IMG/VR virus record: IMGVR_UViG_3300031509_000052
Coordinates: 1 to 58,326 of that record
Origin: a virus
Taxonomy: Duplodnaviria > Caudoviricetes
Length of the DNA: 58,326 nucleotides
Direction: 5' to 3' (one strand)
A program made the position numbers and the translations under genes. Within the stretch, counting starts at the first letter, position 1. Each line of letters starts with the position of its first letter. Shown piece by piece: positions 19,559 to 29,325 of this stretch. The notes beneath the pieces are model-generated. The model was given only the letters and a program-made list of their open reading frames with translations, was not told the DNA's origin and did no database searches.

Positions 19559-20480
19559 TGTGATCAGCCCCTATGGGCGTGTGGTGCTTGAGTTCACCGA
19601 CCCGCTGACCGGCGAGGTCGTCGAGCGGCGCGAGTTCAAGAACACCACGACGAACCAGTTTAAGGCGGCTATTGCGGGGGCTATTGCCGGCACGCCGGGG
19701 ACGGCGCCTTCGCACATCGGGTTTTATGGCGGTGGGATATGGCGCGTTGGTACTAACCACTACAACGCGGCAAACTACTCAACCCTGAATGGGTCTTCAA
19801 CTCGTGTAGGCACATTTTTCATAACCGACCCCCCAACTGGTCAGGCTTTGGCGTCGTTCGCTTTCTATATGCAGCGTGTCGGGGTTGTGGCTGGGCCGCT
19901 ACGGGCCGAGATATGGACAAACTCGAGCGGGCAGCCCGGCGCGTTTTATGCGAGCGTTGTCGACCTCGATCCTTACCGGGTCAGCGCTCTTAATCCAAAC
20001 TGGGTGTTCTTCACTCCTTCCTCTCCGATACCCCTTGCCTCCTCCGCGACCTACTGGTTTGTCCTTTACGCACCGAACCACACTCATCAGGCAAATGTCA
20101 GCGAAATTCGCGTGTTCAGGAGCTCCTATGTGGTCAATGGCTCCACTGACCGTTTGTATAACGGCACATCGTGGACTGCTATCAACAGCAACTATCTAAA
20201 GACACCAGCCTTGAAGCACACCGCCGCCAGCACCGGTTTCAACCAAACTGCTGGCATCGACATCGGGCGGTACGCGCTCACATTCCAGAAAGCCTCAGGG
20301 ACTCAAGCGCGGCTTGGCTTGGCTGTGCCCACGAGCTTCGCCCCGACTTTCCCCATCATGGCCGTCGGTCTTTTCAACCACCCGACCTCGAATACATCGA
20401 TGCTCGCCTTCACCGAGCAGCCGTTCGTCAAACTCTCCAACTACGGCCTCAACGTCTACTGGCTGATTGATGTAACGTAA
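19548..20480 (+). CDS. Baseplate/minor tail protein with inserted beta domain
   Basis: EVVERREFKNTTT..PSHIGF N-terminus, VGLFN C-terminus; lower-GC insert. Confidence 0.55.
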   Translation: MLDDVISPYGRVVLEFTDPLTGEVVERREFKNTTTNQFKAAIAGAIAGTPGTAPSHIGFYGGGIWRVGTNHYNAANYSTLNGSSTRVGTFFITDPPTGQALASFAFYMQRVGVVAGPLRAEIWTNSSGQPGAFYASVVDLDPYRVSALNPNWVFFTPSSPIPLASSATYWFVLYAPNHTHQANVSEIRVFRSSYVVNGSTDRLYNGTSWTAINSNYLKTPALKHTAASTGFNQTAGIDIGRYALTFQKASGTQARLGLAVPTSFAPTFPIMAVGLFNHPTSNTSMLAFTEQPFVKLSNYGLNVYWLIDVT

Positions 20481-20491
20481 CGTGATGCAGT

Positions 20492-21172
20492 ATGACGAAC
20501 TCAGCAGTCCAACCCGGGCAGATCATCACAGCGGCGAAGCTGAACAACATCACGACTGGCACCAGTGCGCCAGCAGCATCGGGAAGCTACCCAGTTGGGG
20601 ACATTTGGGTAGATCCAACTGCAGACCCGCGTGTTTTCACCAGCCCCAGTGCTTGGTCCCCCTTGAGCCAGCTGCTCAACCCACCGCCGAGAGCGTTCCG
20701 CATTAGCAACACCAGCCTTACCTACAACAGCGCGTCGGATTACCTCACAACCGCTGTTAGCTGGACACAGGGCATCACGTCCAGCAGCGTCTTCGGCGGC
20801 TTTATCACATACAGGGTTGACCCCACCTCAACAAGCTACCGCTCGCGGTTCGAACTGCGCGCCGACAGCCAAACAGGCACACTCCTCGCGTCGACTTCGT
20901 ACTCCACCACCTACCAGAGCGTACCGGCGCGGCACTACGTCATCGAGTGGATCGTTGGCCCGGTGTTCACCACTTCAGGCGGGAACAGAAGAGTAGGCTG
21001 GTGCAGGATGTTCCAGGCCGATGACAACATGACGGCCGGATCATCCAGCACCGTGTCTGCTTTTGTAACACTCTCCACACAAACCGCGACCTTCACCAGC
21101 GCTTGGCTTATCCTGCCGCCGGCAACACTGACGAGCGGCACTTCGGCAAAAGTTGTCTACTGGGTGATCTAG
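20492..21172 (+). CDS. Tail fibre/receptor-binding protein 1
   Basis: VQPGQIITAAKLN anchor, GDIWVD motif. Confidence 0.6.
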   Translation: MTNSAVQPGQIITAAKLNNITTGTSAPAASGSYPVGDIWVDPTADPRVFTSPSAWSPLSQLLNPPPRAFRISNTSLTYNSASDYLTTAVSWTQGITSSSVFGGFITYRVDPTSTSYRSRFELRADSQTGTLLASTSYSTTYQSVPARHYVIEWIVGPVFTTSGGNRRVGWCRMFQADDNMTAGSSSTVSAFVTLSTQTATFTSAWLILPPATLTSGTSAKVVYWVI

Positions 21173-21175
21173 GAA

Positions 21176-21874
21176 ATGTCGAACTCGAAAGTCTCTCCCG
21201 GTGACGTCATCACCTCCCGGAAGGTGAACGAGATCACAGTCGGTACCACGGCACCTTCGACAACCGACTTGTCCGCCGGCTCGCTCTGGGTGGATACCTC
21301 TGTCTCGGGCCAGCCGAGGATCAGGTACTGGACTGGCAGTGCGTGGAATACGGTCACCTCACCTGCGAACCTTGTTACGTCCTACATAGGACAGCTTGGA
21401 CCGGTTACGGCCTACCAAGTAACCCAAGGGGGCACGACGGTAGCAAGCTTGTCCTTTACCGGGTACAACCCGGCCCAGTACAGGACGTACATCGTCGGAC
21501 AGATCCGCCAGACAGTCACTATGACCACCCAGACGTACTGGCGGATGGCAGTGCGGTTGAACTTCTCCACCACCGTTCTTGACTTCCAAGTGAACAACAT
21601 GAACCCCGGCACCTACTTCTTCGCCGTCGAGTACGGGCCGTCTTACAGCGGCGGCTCTTCCACACACCGCCTCGCCGCGCCATTCACAGGGCACTTCATC
21701 CCGGACTCGGCTACTCCCGGCACGGTGTACACCGCGTCAGCGGGCTTTACTGCGGTACAGTGGTTCTCCGGAAACGTCAACGCTCTCAGCGTCTTCCTCT
21801 ACGACACAGCGCCGAACCTTCAAGGCGTGTATGAGGTCGGCCCGATCCACATCTACCGCCTCGACTACCTCTAA
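21176..21874 (+). CDS. Tail fibre/receptor-binding protein 2
   Basis: VSPGDVITSRKVN anchor, GSLWVDT..YWTGSAW; N-terminus paralogous to previous gene. Confidence 0.6.
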   Translation: MSNSKVSPGDVITSRKVNEITVGTTAPSTTDLSAGSLWVDTSVSGQPRIRYWTGSAWNTVTSPANLVTSYIGQLGPVTAYQVTQGGTTVASLSFTGYNPAQYRTYIVGQIRQTVTMTTQTYWRMAVRLNFSTTVLDFQVNNMNPGTYFFAVEYGPSYSGGSSTHRLAAPFTGHFIPDSATPGTVYTASAGFTAVQWFSGNVNALSVFLYDTAPNLQGVYEVGPIHIYRLDYL

Positions 21875-22290
21875 GAAGCATAAAGCGCGTCGATGCTGTA
21901 CTCCGGCTCATAGGGGTTATCCTCTGCGGCATACACCGCCGCCACCCCCACACTTATCAGAGCCTTCAGGCACTCCGCACAGGGCGCGGTTGTCACATAG
22001 CACTCCGCGCCCTGCGCGCTGATCCCGAACTTCGCGCACTGCAGGATGGCGTTCAGCTCCGCATGGATGGTCCGTTTACAGTGCCCATTCACCACGAGAC
22101 AGCCCTGTTCCGTGCAGTGCGGGGCCTTGGGCAGGGAGCCGTTGTAGCCGGTCGCGATGATCCTCCCGTCCTTCACCAGCACAGCGCCCACCTTCCTGCG
22201 CGTGCAGGTCGAGCGCTGCGCGATGGTATACGCAACCTGCATGAAAACCTCAGCGGCTTCGGGCCGCCGCGTATCGCTGGAAGTACTCAA
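21871..22290 (-). CDS. dCMP deaminase (ComEB-like)
   Basis: RSTC..VGAVLV..ATGYNG, HAELNA, PCAEC zinc motifs; start uncertain. Confidence 0.9.
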   Translation of the reverse strand: MSTSSDTRRPEAAEVFMQVAYTIAQRSTCTRRKVGAVLVKDGRIIATGYNGSLPKAPHCTEQGCLVVNGHCKRTIHAELNAILQCAKFGISAQGAECYVTTAPCAECLKALISVGVAAVYAAEDNPYEPEYSIDALYAS

Positions 22291-22771
22291 GGAACAGCTC
22301 CTTTGCGTCTTTGGGTCTCAGACAGGCGATCTGGACGTTTGCCTTAGCCGCCACCGGGATCTCCCACGGGGCGGGTTCCGGTGCCATGAGGGCTTCCTTC
22401 TCAGCGAGGAGAACCTGCTGGTCGGCCACTACCACAATCCGCGGGATGGGGTAGGCCAGACCGAAGCGCTCCGCCACCGCCTCCATCAGCCGCTCCTCGA
22501 GGACCCTGTAGTCCTTGCAGAACTGCTTGACCGGGGCGGGGATATCCCCGAGGTACGCCTCGGCGGCGTCGTGGAGCAGCCCCTCCAGCGCGAACTGGCC
22601 GGAGACTGACCCGACCCGCACTGAGTGCTCCGCGACCGAGTAGAACAGCCGCGAGTTCCCCGCGAACCGGCAGACATGCGAGAGCGCATGGGCGATGTCC
22701 TCGATGTCAATCATCCCCGCCTTCGGGTTCAACAGGTCGATTTTCTTACCGCTGTAGCTCTGAACCCACAT
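22250..22771 (-). CDS. HD-domain phosphohydrolase (5'-deoxynucleotidase-like)
   Basis: DIAHALS..RFAG..YSVAEHS..LLHDAAEAYLGDIPAPVK. Confidence 0.85.
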   Translation of the reverse strand: MWVQSYSGKKIDLLNPKAGMIDIEDIAHALSHVCRFAGNSRLFYSVAEHSVRVGSVSGQFALEGLLHDAAEAYLGDIPAPVKQFCKDYRVLEERLMEAVAERFGLAYPIPRIVVVADQQVLLAEKEALMAPEPAPWEIPVAAKANVQIACLRPKDAKELFLEYFQRYAAARSR

Positions 22772-23291
22772 AGCGCAGTACCTGCTCCACACGTTCTTTC
22801 CTTGTTCCCGGCGTGATCTCTGCGTCCACGGCAAAGCTGAGCTGCTCGCGCTCAGATGGGTGCGCCCTCCACGGCTCGTCACCAAGATCCGACAGGGGAA
22901 GCACCCTGAAGAGCCAGCCGCCGCGGGCACGAACGGCATCAGCTTCGTCTTGGTAGCGGACGTCGTCAATAATCACGGCCTTGAGCCCGGGGCATTCGGC
23001 CGCCAGCCGGTCGATATTCTTCATCGCAATCCGCACATAGCGGCCAGGGTCGTGGAGCCTGTGCACCGCGCCCCACGCCTGCAGCAGCTCGCGAATCTCG
23101 CGGGTCTTGTGGGTGCGGTCCAAGATCATCTCCGCGATGGGCGGGAAGCCGAACGCCTCCACCGCGGCGGCAAGCTCGGCTCTCAGGCCGCCAGCAAACG
23201 ACACCCACAGGATGCCAAGCTCCGCGGCAAGGTCTTCCGCGAGCGTCGTTTTTCCGCTGCCGGCCGGGCCGCACAGCCCAATAATCCTCAT
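22746..23291 (-). CDS. Deoxynucleoside monophosphate kinase
   Basis: IIGLCGPAGSGKT, SFA..LR, RELLQAWG, IIDDVRYQDE, HPSE. Confidence 0.85.
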   Translation of the reverse strand: MRIIGLCGPAGSGKTTLAEDLAAELGILWVSFAGGLRAELAAAVEAFGFPPIAEMILDRTHKTREIRELLQAWGAVHRLHDPGRYVRIAMKNIDRLAAECPGLKAVIIDDVRYQDEADAVRARGGWLFRVLPLSDLGDEPWRAHPSEREQLSFAVDAEITPGTRKERVEQVLRYVGSELQR

Positions 23292-24406
23292 GCCTCTTTC
23301 TCCATGCTTATGGTGATCTGCGAGTACTCGGCGGTCTGCTTGTAGGGGACCTCGAAGCCGAACCGCGCGGCTATGGCCTCGAGAACCGCTGTATCAATAA
23401 CCCGCCGCCCGCGGACCTTCGTCCTCTTCATCCTGATACCGTTCCCCAGCGAGACCTCCTCCCCGTCCTGCAGCGCTTCGAGCAGCTCCGCCCGCAGCCG
23501 CTCCTTCTCGGCCTCAAGCTGCTTGATCTGCTCGTACACCTGCCAGTAGGCCAGCCCCGCTTCCACCGCGCGGCTCTGCGCTCGCGGCAGCGCCGTCCCC
23601 GTGCCGACCTCAACGGGGATGTCGTCCAGCCCCCTGAGCTCCTCATCCACGCCCTGGACGAGCGGGCAGAGCCGCCGGTACGGGCAGAACCAGCACTCCT
23701 CGCTGTTCCCGCCGCGGTCCGGCTCGGGAATCCGCCCCTCGTACATCGGCACAACGACCTTCTCGTACAGCCGCTTATTCATGGCCTCGAAGTATTCGCG
23801 GTCCCGCTCCACGACCTTCATGCCGATTTCCTGCGACTCCTTGTTGAGCGCCACGACCAGCGCCCACGAGGGCCGCCCCCACGTCTCGACGAACTCGCGG
23901 TAGCGATCGCTCTCCCAGAGCTCGTCCGCCGCCGGCGAGGCCATGGTGTTGATGTACTCTTGGATCTGCCCGTAGTACATGGCGAAGAGGCTGTTCGATC
24001 GGTCATAGCCGGCCGCCATGAACCGCCGGAAGTTGGCCGCGTTGAGCGTCTTCACCTCAAGAACAGCCGGCTCGCCGCGCAGCAGCCGCAGGGTGGCGTC
24101 CGGCGGCAGCCGCTGCACCAGCCACAGGCCGATCTCGCGGCTGTCGCTGATCGTCACCAGCCCGTCCGGGTGCCCGACCCTCCAGGGGTCGTCATGGGCG
24201 ATCTCAAGCTGCTCCTCCAGCGCAAACCACACATCCAGCCCGTTGTCCGCCAGCAACTGGATGATCATCGGCTCAAGGGCGCTCCCGATTCTAAAACTCA
24301 GGTTGTTCTTCCCGGCATCATCGCGCTCGGTCCCCACCATCGCGTGGTAGGCGACGAGCGCGCACGGGTCCCCCAGGCTCATCCGTATCGGCAGTAAGTT
24401 CCTCAC
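23288..24406 (-). CDS. PD-(D/E)XK Cas4-like exonuclease
   Basis: GHPDG, VLEVKT, QIQEY, C-terminal CWFCPYRRLC. Confidence 0.75.
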   Translation of the reverse strand: MRNLLPIRMSLGDPCALVAYHAMVGTERDDAGKNNLSFRIGSALEPMIIQLLADNGLDVWFALEEQLEIAHDDPWRVGHPDGLVTISDSREIGLWLVQRLPPDATLRLLRGEPAVLEVKTLNAANFRRFMAAGYDRSNSLFAMYYGQIQEYINTMASPAADELWESDRYREFVETWGRPSWALVVALNKESQEIGMKVVERDREYFEAMNKRLYEKVVVPMYEGRIPEPDRGGNSEECWFCPYRRLCPLVQGVDEELRGLDDIPVEVGTGTALPRAQSRAVEAGLAYWQVYEQIKQLEAEKERLRAELLEALQDGEEVSLGNGIRMKRTKVRGRRVIDTAVLEAIAARFGFEVPYKQTAEYSQITISMEKEA

Positions 24407-26892
24407 TTAGCCTTCTCCTTTGCCTTGACCCAGGGCGGGGCCTCAACCTCGCCCCACGAGGGGCCGCACTCAAAGTCTACGAATACCGGGACCTTGAGCG
24501 GGATGGCGCTGGCCATGAGGGGCGGGATGTTCTCATACAACCACTCCAGCTCCTCGTTGGGCGCTTCCAGCACCAGCTCGTCGTGGACGAGCGCGACGAT
24601 CTTCGCCCTTGAACCGTTCTCCTCGATCCACCGCTTTGTACGCAGGACGCCGAGTTTGAAAAAGTCCGCGGCTGAGCCCTGCACGGGGTGGTTGATGGCC
24701 CCTCGCTCAGCCTCGCCGCGCCGCTCGCGGTCGGTGCTGGTAATGTCCTCGAAGTAGCGCCGCCGGCCGAGAATTGTCTCAGAGTAACCGTTCTGGCGGG
24801 CGAAGGCGATCACCGACCGCTGCCACTCGCGGAGCTTCGGGTAGGCCCGGTAGAAGCCCTCGATGAACTCCTCGGCGTCTTTGAGCGTAAGGTTCAGCGT
24901 CGGGGCGCGCCTGATCAGCCCCGGGGCGGCGAGCCCGTACAGGGAGCCGAACCCGATGGTCTTGGCCAGGGCCCTCATCTCCTTCCAGCGCTTCGGCCCG
25001 ACCTCCTCCTCGGTCGTGCGGTAAATGGCGCGCGCGGTGTTGGAGTGGATGTCGCCGCCTTCGCTGAGCTCGCGGATCATCGCTTCGTCGCCGCAGAGGT
25101 GGGCGGCCACCCGCATTTCGATCTGCGACAGGTCGATGCCGCAGATCGACCACCCCGGCGGCGCGGTGAACGCGCGGCGGATGAGCGATCCGTCAATCTC
25201 CGCGGCGATGTCCTGCCGCTTGCGTGATGGGATGTTCGTGGCGTTCGGGTTGGCTGAGGAAAGCCGCCCCGTGGCCACAGCAGCCTGCCGGTATTCGGGG
25301 TGAATGCGCCCGGTTTGCGGGTCGACCCACTTCGGCAGGGTGTTGATGTACGTCCCCTCGAGCTTGAGGATGGCGCGGGCGGTCAGGATGTCGCGGATAA
25401 GCTGGTTATCAGGGTGCGCCGCGAGGTCGACTGCGCCGGTCGGACGGGCCTCTTTGCCGTCCTTCACCACCACGGGAATCCGGTACGGCGTATCCTCGTC
25501 GTAGAGCAGCCGCGCGACCTCCCGCCACGAATTCACGGGGAATTCCGGCTGGCCGGTTACTGCCTCCAGCCGCTTCATAACCTCGGCATAGGCGGCGCGG
25601 ATATCCGCGGCGGCCTTTTCCAGCGCGGCGGCCTCGAAGTGCATGCCGGTCCGCTCCATGTCCACGATCACGTCGTTGAACGGCACCTCAAGCCCGCGGT
25701 AGAGCTCCCAGAGGCCGCGGTTCTTCAGGACCCGCTCCAAATACCTGTAGAGGCGCAGCGACGCGTCAGGGTCCTGGGCGGCGTAGGCAGCCACGGCCTC
25801 GGGATCAGCCTCCTGCGCAGCGAGCATGTCCACCACGTACTTCCCCGTGACCGGGTGCTTGGCCTTGAATTTCCGCTGGTAGAAGACATCGATGCGCTCC
25901 ATCTCCAGCCCGAAGGCCCGCTGAAAGCCGTCCTTGAGGCCGGTCGGGAAGTCGCCCGCCACCCAAGCCATGAGCATGGTGTCGTCCCAGCCGCGCAGTT
26001 CAATCCCGTAGTTCCGGCAGATGTGCCGCTCGAACTTCACGTTCGAAACGATCTTGTGGACAGCGGGGTCTTCGAGGCGCGGCCTGAGCAGCTCCATAAC
26101 GCGCCGCGCCTCTTCCGGGTCGCTGCACTGATAGTAAATGCCGTTCCCCGGGACGGCGCAGATGCCCACGCCGATCACCCGCGCGCTCCTCAGGGAGATG
26201 CCGCTCTCGAAGCCGGTGGTCGTTTCAAGGTCAAAGCCCCACTCAGGCGCGGCGGCGGCTTCGAGAAGCTCCTCGAGGGTGCCGGCTGTTTTGCGGAACG
26301 GGATGCTCTCCGGCGGCGTGTAGCAGCCGCGGGCGACCTCCACGGCTGTGCGGATATCGGAGAGAAAGTTGCGGGCGTGAGCCGTCCTGTTGCGGAGAAC
26401 CGCCGCCGGGTGAAGCGCAGGCACCACGTACCGCTCCCTGCCGAGGATCTCCCGGCGGTAGACGTTCCCGCGGGCGGCGCTAATACTCACCTTCTCGCCG
26501 GGGAGAATCGCCTTGAGCGCAGTTGCGCCGAGGACGATGATCACGTCCGGGTCGACGGTCTGGATCTCAGCCTCGAGGAGCGGCCGGCAGGCCTTGATCT
26601 CCTGCGGCGTGGCCTCGCGGTTTCCCGGCGGGTGGCAGTGGTTGACGTTGGTGCGGAACACCTCCGTGTCCATGTCCACGCCGAGGACGCGGAAGTGTGA
26701 AGCGAGGAACTTCCCGGATGGCCCCACGAGCGGCTTTCCCTGTGCGTCCTCTTCGGCCCCCGGGGACTGGCCGATGACCATGATCCTCGCCTTCTCCGGC
26801 CCAATCCCCCAGCATATCCGAGACCTCGTCTCAGAAAGCGGGCAGCGCCTGCAGCCGAGGAACTCGCGGATGATCAGCGGCTTCGGCTTCAC
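24403..26892 (-). CDS. polA: Family A DNA polymerase with N-terminal family-4 uracil-DNA glycosylase-like domain
   Basis: CRRC..GQSPG..HPAAVLR (UDG); FDLETT exonuclease; TGRLSS, DLSQIEMR, AKTIGFGSLYG, VQGSAAD, VHDEL. Confidence 0.92.
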   Translation of the reverse strand: MKPKPLIIREFLGCRRCPLSETRSRICWGIGPEKARIMVIGQSPGAEEDAQGKPLVGPSGKFLASHFRVLGVDMDTEVFRTNVNHCHPPGNREATPQEIKACRPLLEAEIQTVDPDVIIVLGATALKAILPGEKVSISAARGNVYRREILGRERYVVPALHPAAVLRNRTAHARNFLSDIRTAVEVARGCYTPPESIPFRKTAGTLEELLEAAAAPEWGFDLETTTGFESGISLRSARVIGVGICAVPGNGIYYQCSDPEEARRVMELLRPRLEDPAVHKIVSNVKFERHICRNYGIELRGWDDTMLMAWVAGDFPTGLKDGFQRAFGLEMERIDVFYQRKFKAKHPVTGKYVVDMLAAQEADPEAVAAYAAQDPDASLRLYRYLERVLKNRGLWELYRGLEVPFNDVIVDMERTGMHFEAAALEKAAADIRAAYAEVMKRLEAVTGQPEFPVNSWREVARLLYDEDTPYRIPVVVKDGKEARPTGAVDLAAHPDNQLIRDILTARAILKLEGTYINTLPKWVDPQTGRIHPEYRQAAVATGRLSSANPNATNIPSRKRQDIAAEIDGSLIRRAFTAPPGWSICGIDLSQIEMRVAAHLCGDEAMIRELSEGGDIHSNTARAIYRTTEEEVGPKRWKEMRALAKTIGFGSLYGLAAPGLIRRAPTLNLTLKDAEEFIEGFYRAYPKLREWQRSVIAFARQNGYSETILGRRRYFEDITSTDRERRGEAERGAINHPVQGSAADFFKLGVLRTKRWIEENGSRAKIVALVHDELVLEAPNEELEWLYENIPPLMASAIPLKVPVFVDFECGPSWGEVEAPPWVKAKEKAK

Positions 26893-27536
26893 TGGGGCTT
26901 CCTCAGGATGGTGAAGTATTCGTGGACGAGCCGGATGGGGTAGTTGATATCCCCGCCGCTCTTCGTGTTGTGCTGGATCTTGATGACCCGGATCTCCTTG
27001 ACCAGCTTCGCGGCGCGGACGTTCTCAGCGCTGAGGAGATCGTCGGTAATGAAGGCGGTATAGGAGCGGGACTTGATCCGCGCGTCGCCGGCGAGCACCC
27101 CGAGAACGCCGCCCGGCCGGACAATGCTCCCCAGCCACACAAGGATGTCCCGCGCCATGGCAAGGAACTGCGGATAGGTGGAGGCGCGCGACAGGTCCGA
27201 GCTGTGGGCGGAGTACTTCACAATGTCCCAGTAGGGCGGGTGCCAGAAGACCCCGTCCGGGTACTCCTGAGCGAAGAACTCGCGGACTATACGCGCGCGG
27301 ACGGCCTTCGAGGTGAGGTCATAGCCGCTGTGGATGTCCGTGCCTGCGTACCTGATCCTGAGGTCCGCGGCCACCTCGCGCGACGTCCCTGAGCCTTCCA
27401 TCGGGTCATAGAGGAATGTGATGCCGTAGGACTCGATGAAGTCTTTCACTAACCATCCGCTGGTGTTGCCGGCCCACTGGCTATCGCCCCACTTCCCGCG
27501 GTCGGGGTATGACACCACCGTTGTCTCAAACGCCAT
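26889..27536 (-). CDS. Amino (N6-A/N4-C) DNA methyltransferase
   Basis: DPMEGSGT SAM motif and HPPY catalytic motif. Confidence 0.75.
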   Translation of the reverse strand: MAFETTVVSYPDRGKWGDSQWAGNTSGWLVKDFIESYGITFLYDPMEGSGTSREVAADLRIRYAGTDIHSGYDLTSKAVRARIVREFFAQEYPDGVFWHPPYWDIVKYSAHSSDLSRASTYPQFLAMARDILVWLGSIVRPGGVLGVLAGDARIKSRSYTAFITDDLLSAENVRAAKLVKEIRVIKIQHNTKSGGDINYPIRLVHEYFTILRKPQ

Positions 27537-28245
27537 CCGGGACCACCTCCCCGGAGAAGAATTCCCTGATCCGCATGGCGAGCGTCGGACCGATGCCCGC
27601 GGCTTCGGTGAGCTGCCGGATCTCTGCGTTGGCTATTGCCTGCAGCGAGCCGAACTGGATGAGCAAGGACTTTGCCTTTTCCTCGCCCAGCCCCTGGATG
27701 GACATGAGCGCCTCCACGCGGCTGTCAAGCGGCTCGCCGAGCGGGACGGTAATGACCGGCCGCGGCGTCGCGTCACGAAGAAGGTTGTGCTGGCCGCGTT
27801 CGAAGTAGTGCGCGAGGCTGAGAATGCGGCGCTCCACTGCGCCGTCATCCGGCACGTCTGTGCAGATGAGCCGCACGCCGTGCATTTGCGCCGCGGCAAG
27901 AGCACCCTCAAACCGCGCATAGGGGAACGTGGCCGGGCCGAGGCGGATCATCCCCCTGTAGACCCGCGGCAGCCCGGCGAGGAGCAGTACCGCTATGTCG
28001 TAGGTGATGAGCAGGCCGCGCATCTGGAAGTTGAAGCGGCCGCTGGTGATCTTCCCACAGAGGTCGGGCACGGTGGAGATCTCTATGCCGACGGAGATCT
28101 TCTTCCCGTCGAGTTCTACGTCCTCGAGCACGACATCCCCGAACTGGAGCCGCTCGACCTCGACATCAAGCTGTCCGGTAATCCGCAGCCATGTGGAGAA
28201 CCCCCTGCGGGAGGCCTCCTCTCTGTCATCAATCTTCACTCTCAT
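27526..28245 (-). CDS. ERCC4/XPF-like nuclease with helix-hairpin-helix domains
   Basis: IDDRE, LQFGD, DL..I.SGRF.FQ; IQGLGEEKA and GIGPTLA HhH motifs. Confidence 0.75.
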   Translation of the reverse strand: MRVKIDDREEASRRGFSTWLRITGQLDVEVERLQFGDVVLEDVELDGKKISVGIEISTVPDLCGKITSGRFNFQMRGLLITYDIAVLLLAGLPRVYRGMIRLGPATFPYARFEGALAAAQMHGVRLICTDVPDDGAVERRILSLAHYFERGQHNLLRDATPRPVITVPLGEPLDSRVEALMSIQGLGEEKAKSLLIQFGSLQAIANAEIRQLTEAAGIGPTLAMRIREFFSGEVVPDGV

Positions 28246-29254
28246 CCGCGGGCTCCTCCACTGCCTCCTGTACGAACGAGCGGAACTGCTCGCGGGCCTG
28301 TTCGAGCATCCGCACGGCCTCTTCTTTGTCCGTCACGTTCACCGTCTTCGCCACTTCCTTCCTGTACCGCTTGAGGTCCTCGTAGAACTCGGTGAACGGC
28401 TCCGTGTAGTAGCAGGCCTCCCCGCGGTCTTTCACGACCGTCATTAGGCGGCTGATCCGCGGGGAGCTCTCCTTGTTCGCGTCCAGGGGCCGCACGCTCC
28501 ACAGCACCACACAGGTGTTGACCATGCGCACGAGCTTCCCCACGCCGGTCGGCTTGAGCCCAAGCTGGTCGAAGAGGAGGATCGGCTCGCGGGACTCGCG
28601 GCCGGCCTTCGTCATCATTTCCGTGACGTGGGCCAGCCCGATGAAGTTCAGCTTGGGGCTGTTCACCAGCGGCCGCATGGTGGCCTCGTAGGTGCGCGTC
28701 ACCAGCGCCCACGTGTCGGCGTCGAAGGCGCCGAAGCCCAGCTTCTTCTGCCCGGGGAGGACGCCGAGCCGGTTGGCGACCTCGTCGTTCAGGTTCAGCC
28801 CCTTCAGCTCGGCGATGTACTGCTGGGCGAGGGCGTAGGCGGTCGAGGCGAGGTCGACCACGACCCAGTCGCCGGTTTCGGCGTGCTTGATGATGTAGTT
28901 GGCGGCTCTGACGATGGTCGGCCAGTCGCCGGCATAGAAGGGGTAGACGTTGCCGCCGTTCTCGTAGTAGAGGTCCTCAAACTCGTAGCCGGGGGCGAGG
29001 AACATCGGCGCGGTGTCGTCCGTGTCGATGACCCACATGCGCTTGCCCTGCGGCTGGAGGCGGCGGGCGATCTGCATGTAGGCGTAGGACTTGCCGGAGT
29101 TGGTGTCCCCGGCAAGGAGAATCCGCTCCTTCGGCGCGTTGAGCCCAGGGGAGATTGCCCCGCGGCCCAGTGTTTCGATATCGATGGCGGCCCTGCCGCC
29201 TGCTGCTGGCCCCGTTGTCGGACGGAGCGGCCGTAGTCCCTTCTGCTGTTCCAC
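28229..29254 (-). CDS. P-loop ATPase (RecA/Sak4-like)
   Basis: GDTNSGKS Walker A, VIDTD, WVVVD. Confidence 0.65.
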   Translation of the reverse strand: MEQQKGLRPLRPTTGPAAGGRAAIDIETLGRGAISPGLNAPKERILLAGDTNSGKSYAYMQIARRLQPQGKRMWVIDTDDTAPMFLAPGYEFEDLYYENGGNVYPFYAGDWPTIVRAANYIIKHAETGDWVVVDLASTAYALAQQYIAELKGLNLNDEVANRLGVLPGQKKLGFGAFDADTWALVTRTYEATMRPLVNSPKLNFIGLAHVTEMMTKAGRESREPILLFDQLGLKPTGVGKLVRMVNTCVVLWSVRPLDANKESSPRISRLMTVVKDRGEACYYTEPFTEFYEDLKRYRKEVAKTVNVTDKEEAVRMLEQAREQFRSFVQEAVEEPADESED

Positions 29255-29275
29255 GCTGTTTCTCCTGAGAGATCA

Positions 29276-29311
29276 CACAGGGCCGGGACCTGCGCCGGGC
29301 CCGGCCCTGTG
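29276..29311 (-). terminator. Intergenic hairpin
   Basis: cacagggccggg ... cccggccctgtg, 12-bp perfect stem. Confidence 0.55.
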
Positions 29312-29325
29312 CTGGCGGTTGTCGG

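Noticed and set aside
23288-24406. Cas4 as evidence of a CRISPR system
   Set aside because: Stand-alone Cas4-like exonucleases are common in phage replication modules; no array or cas1/cas2
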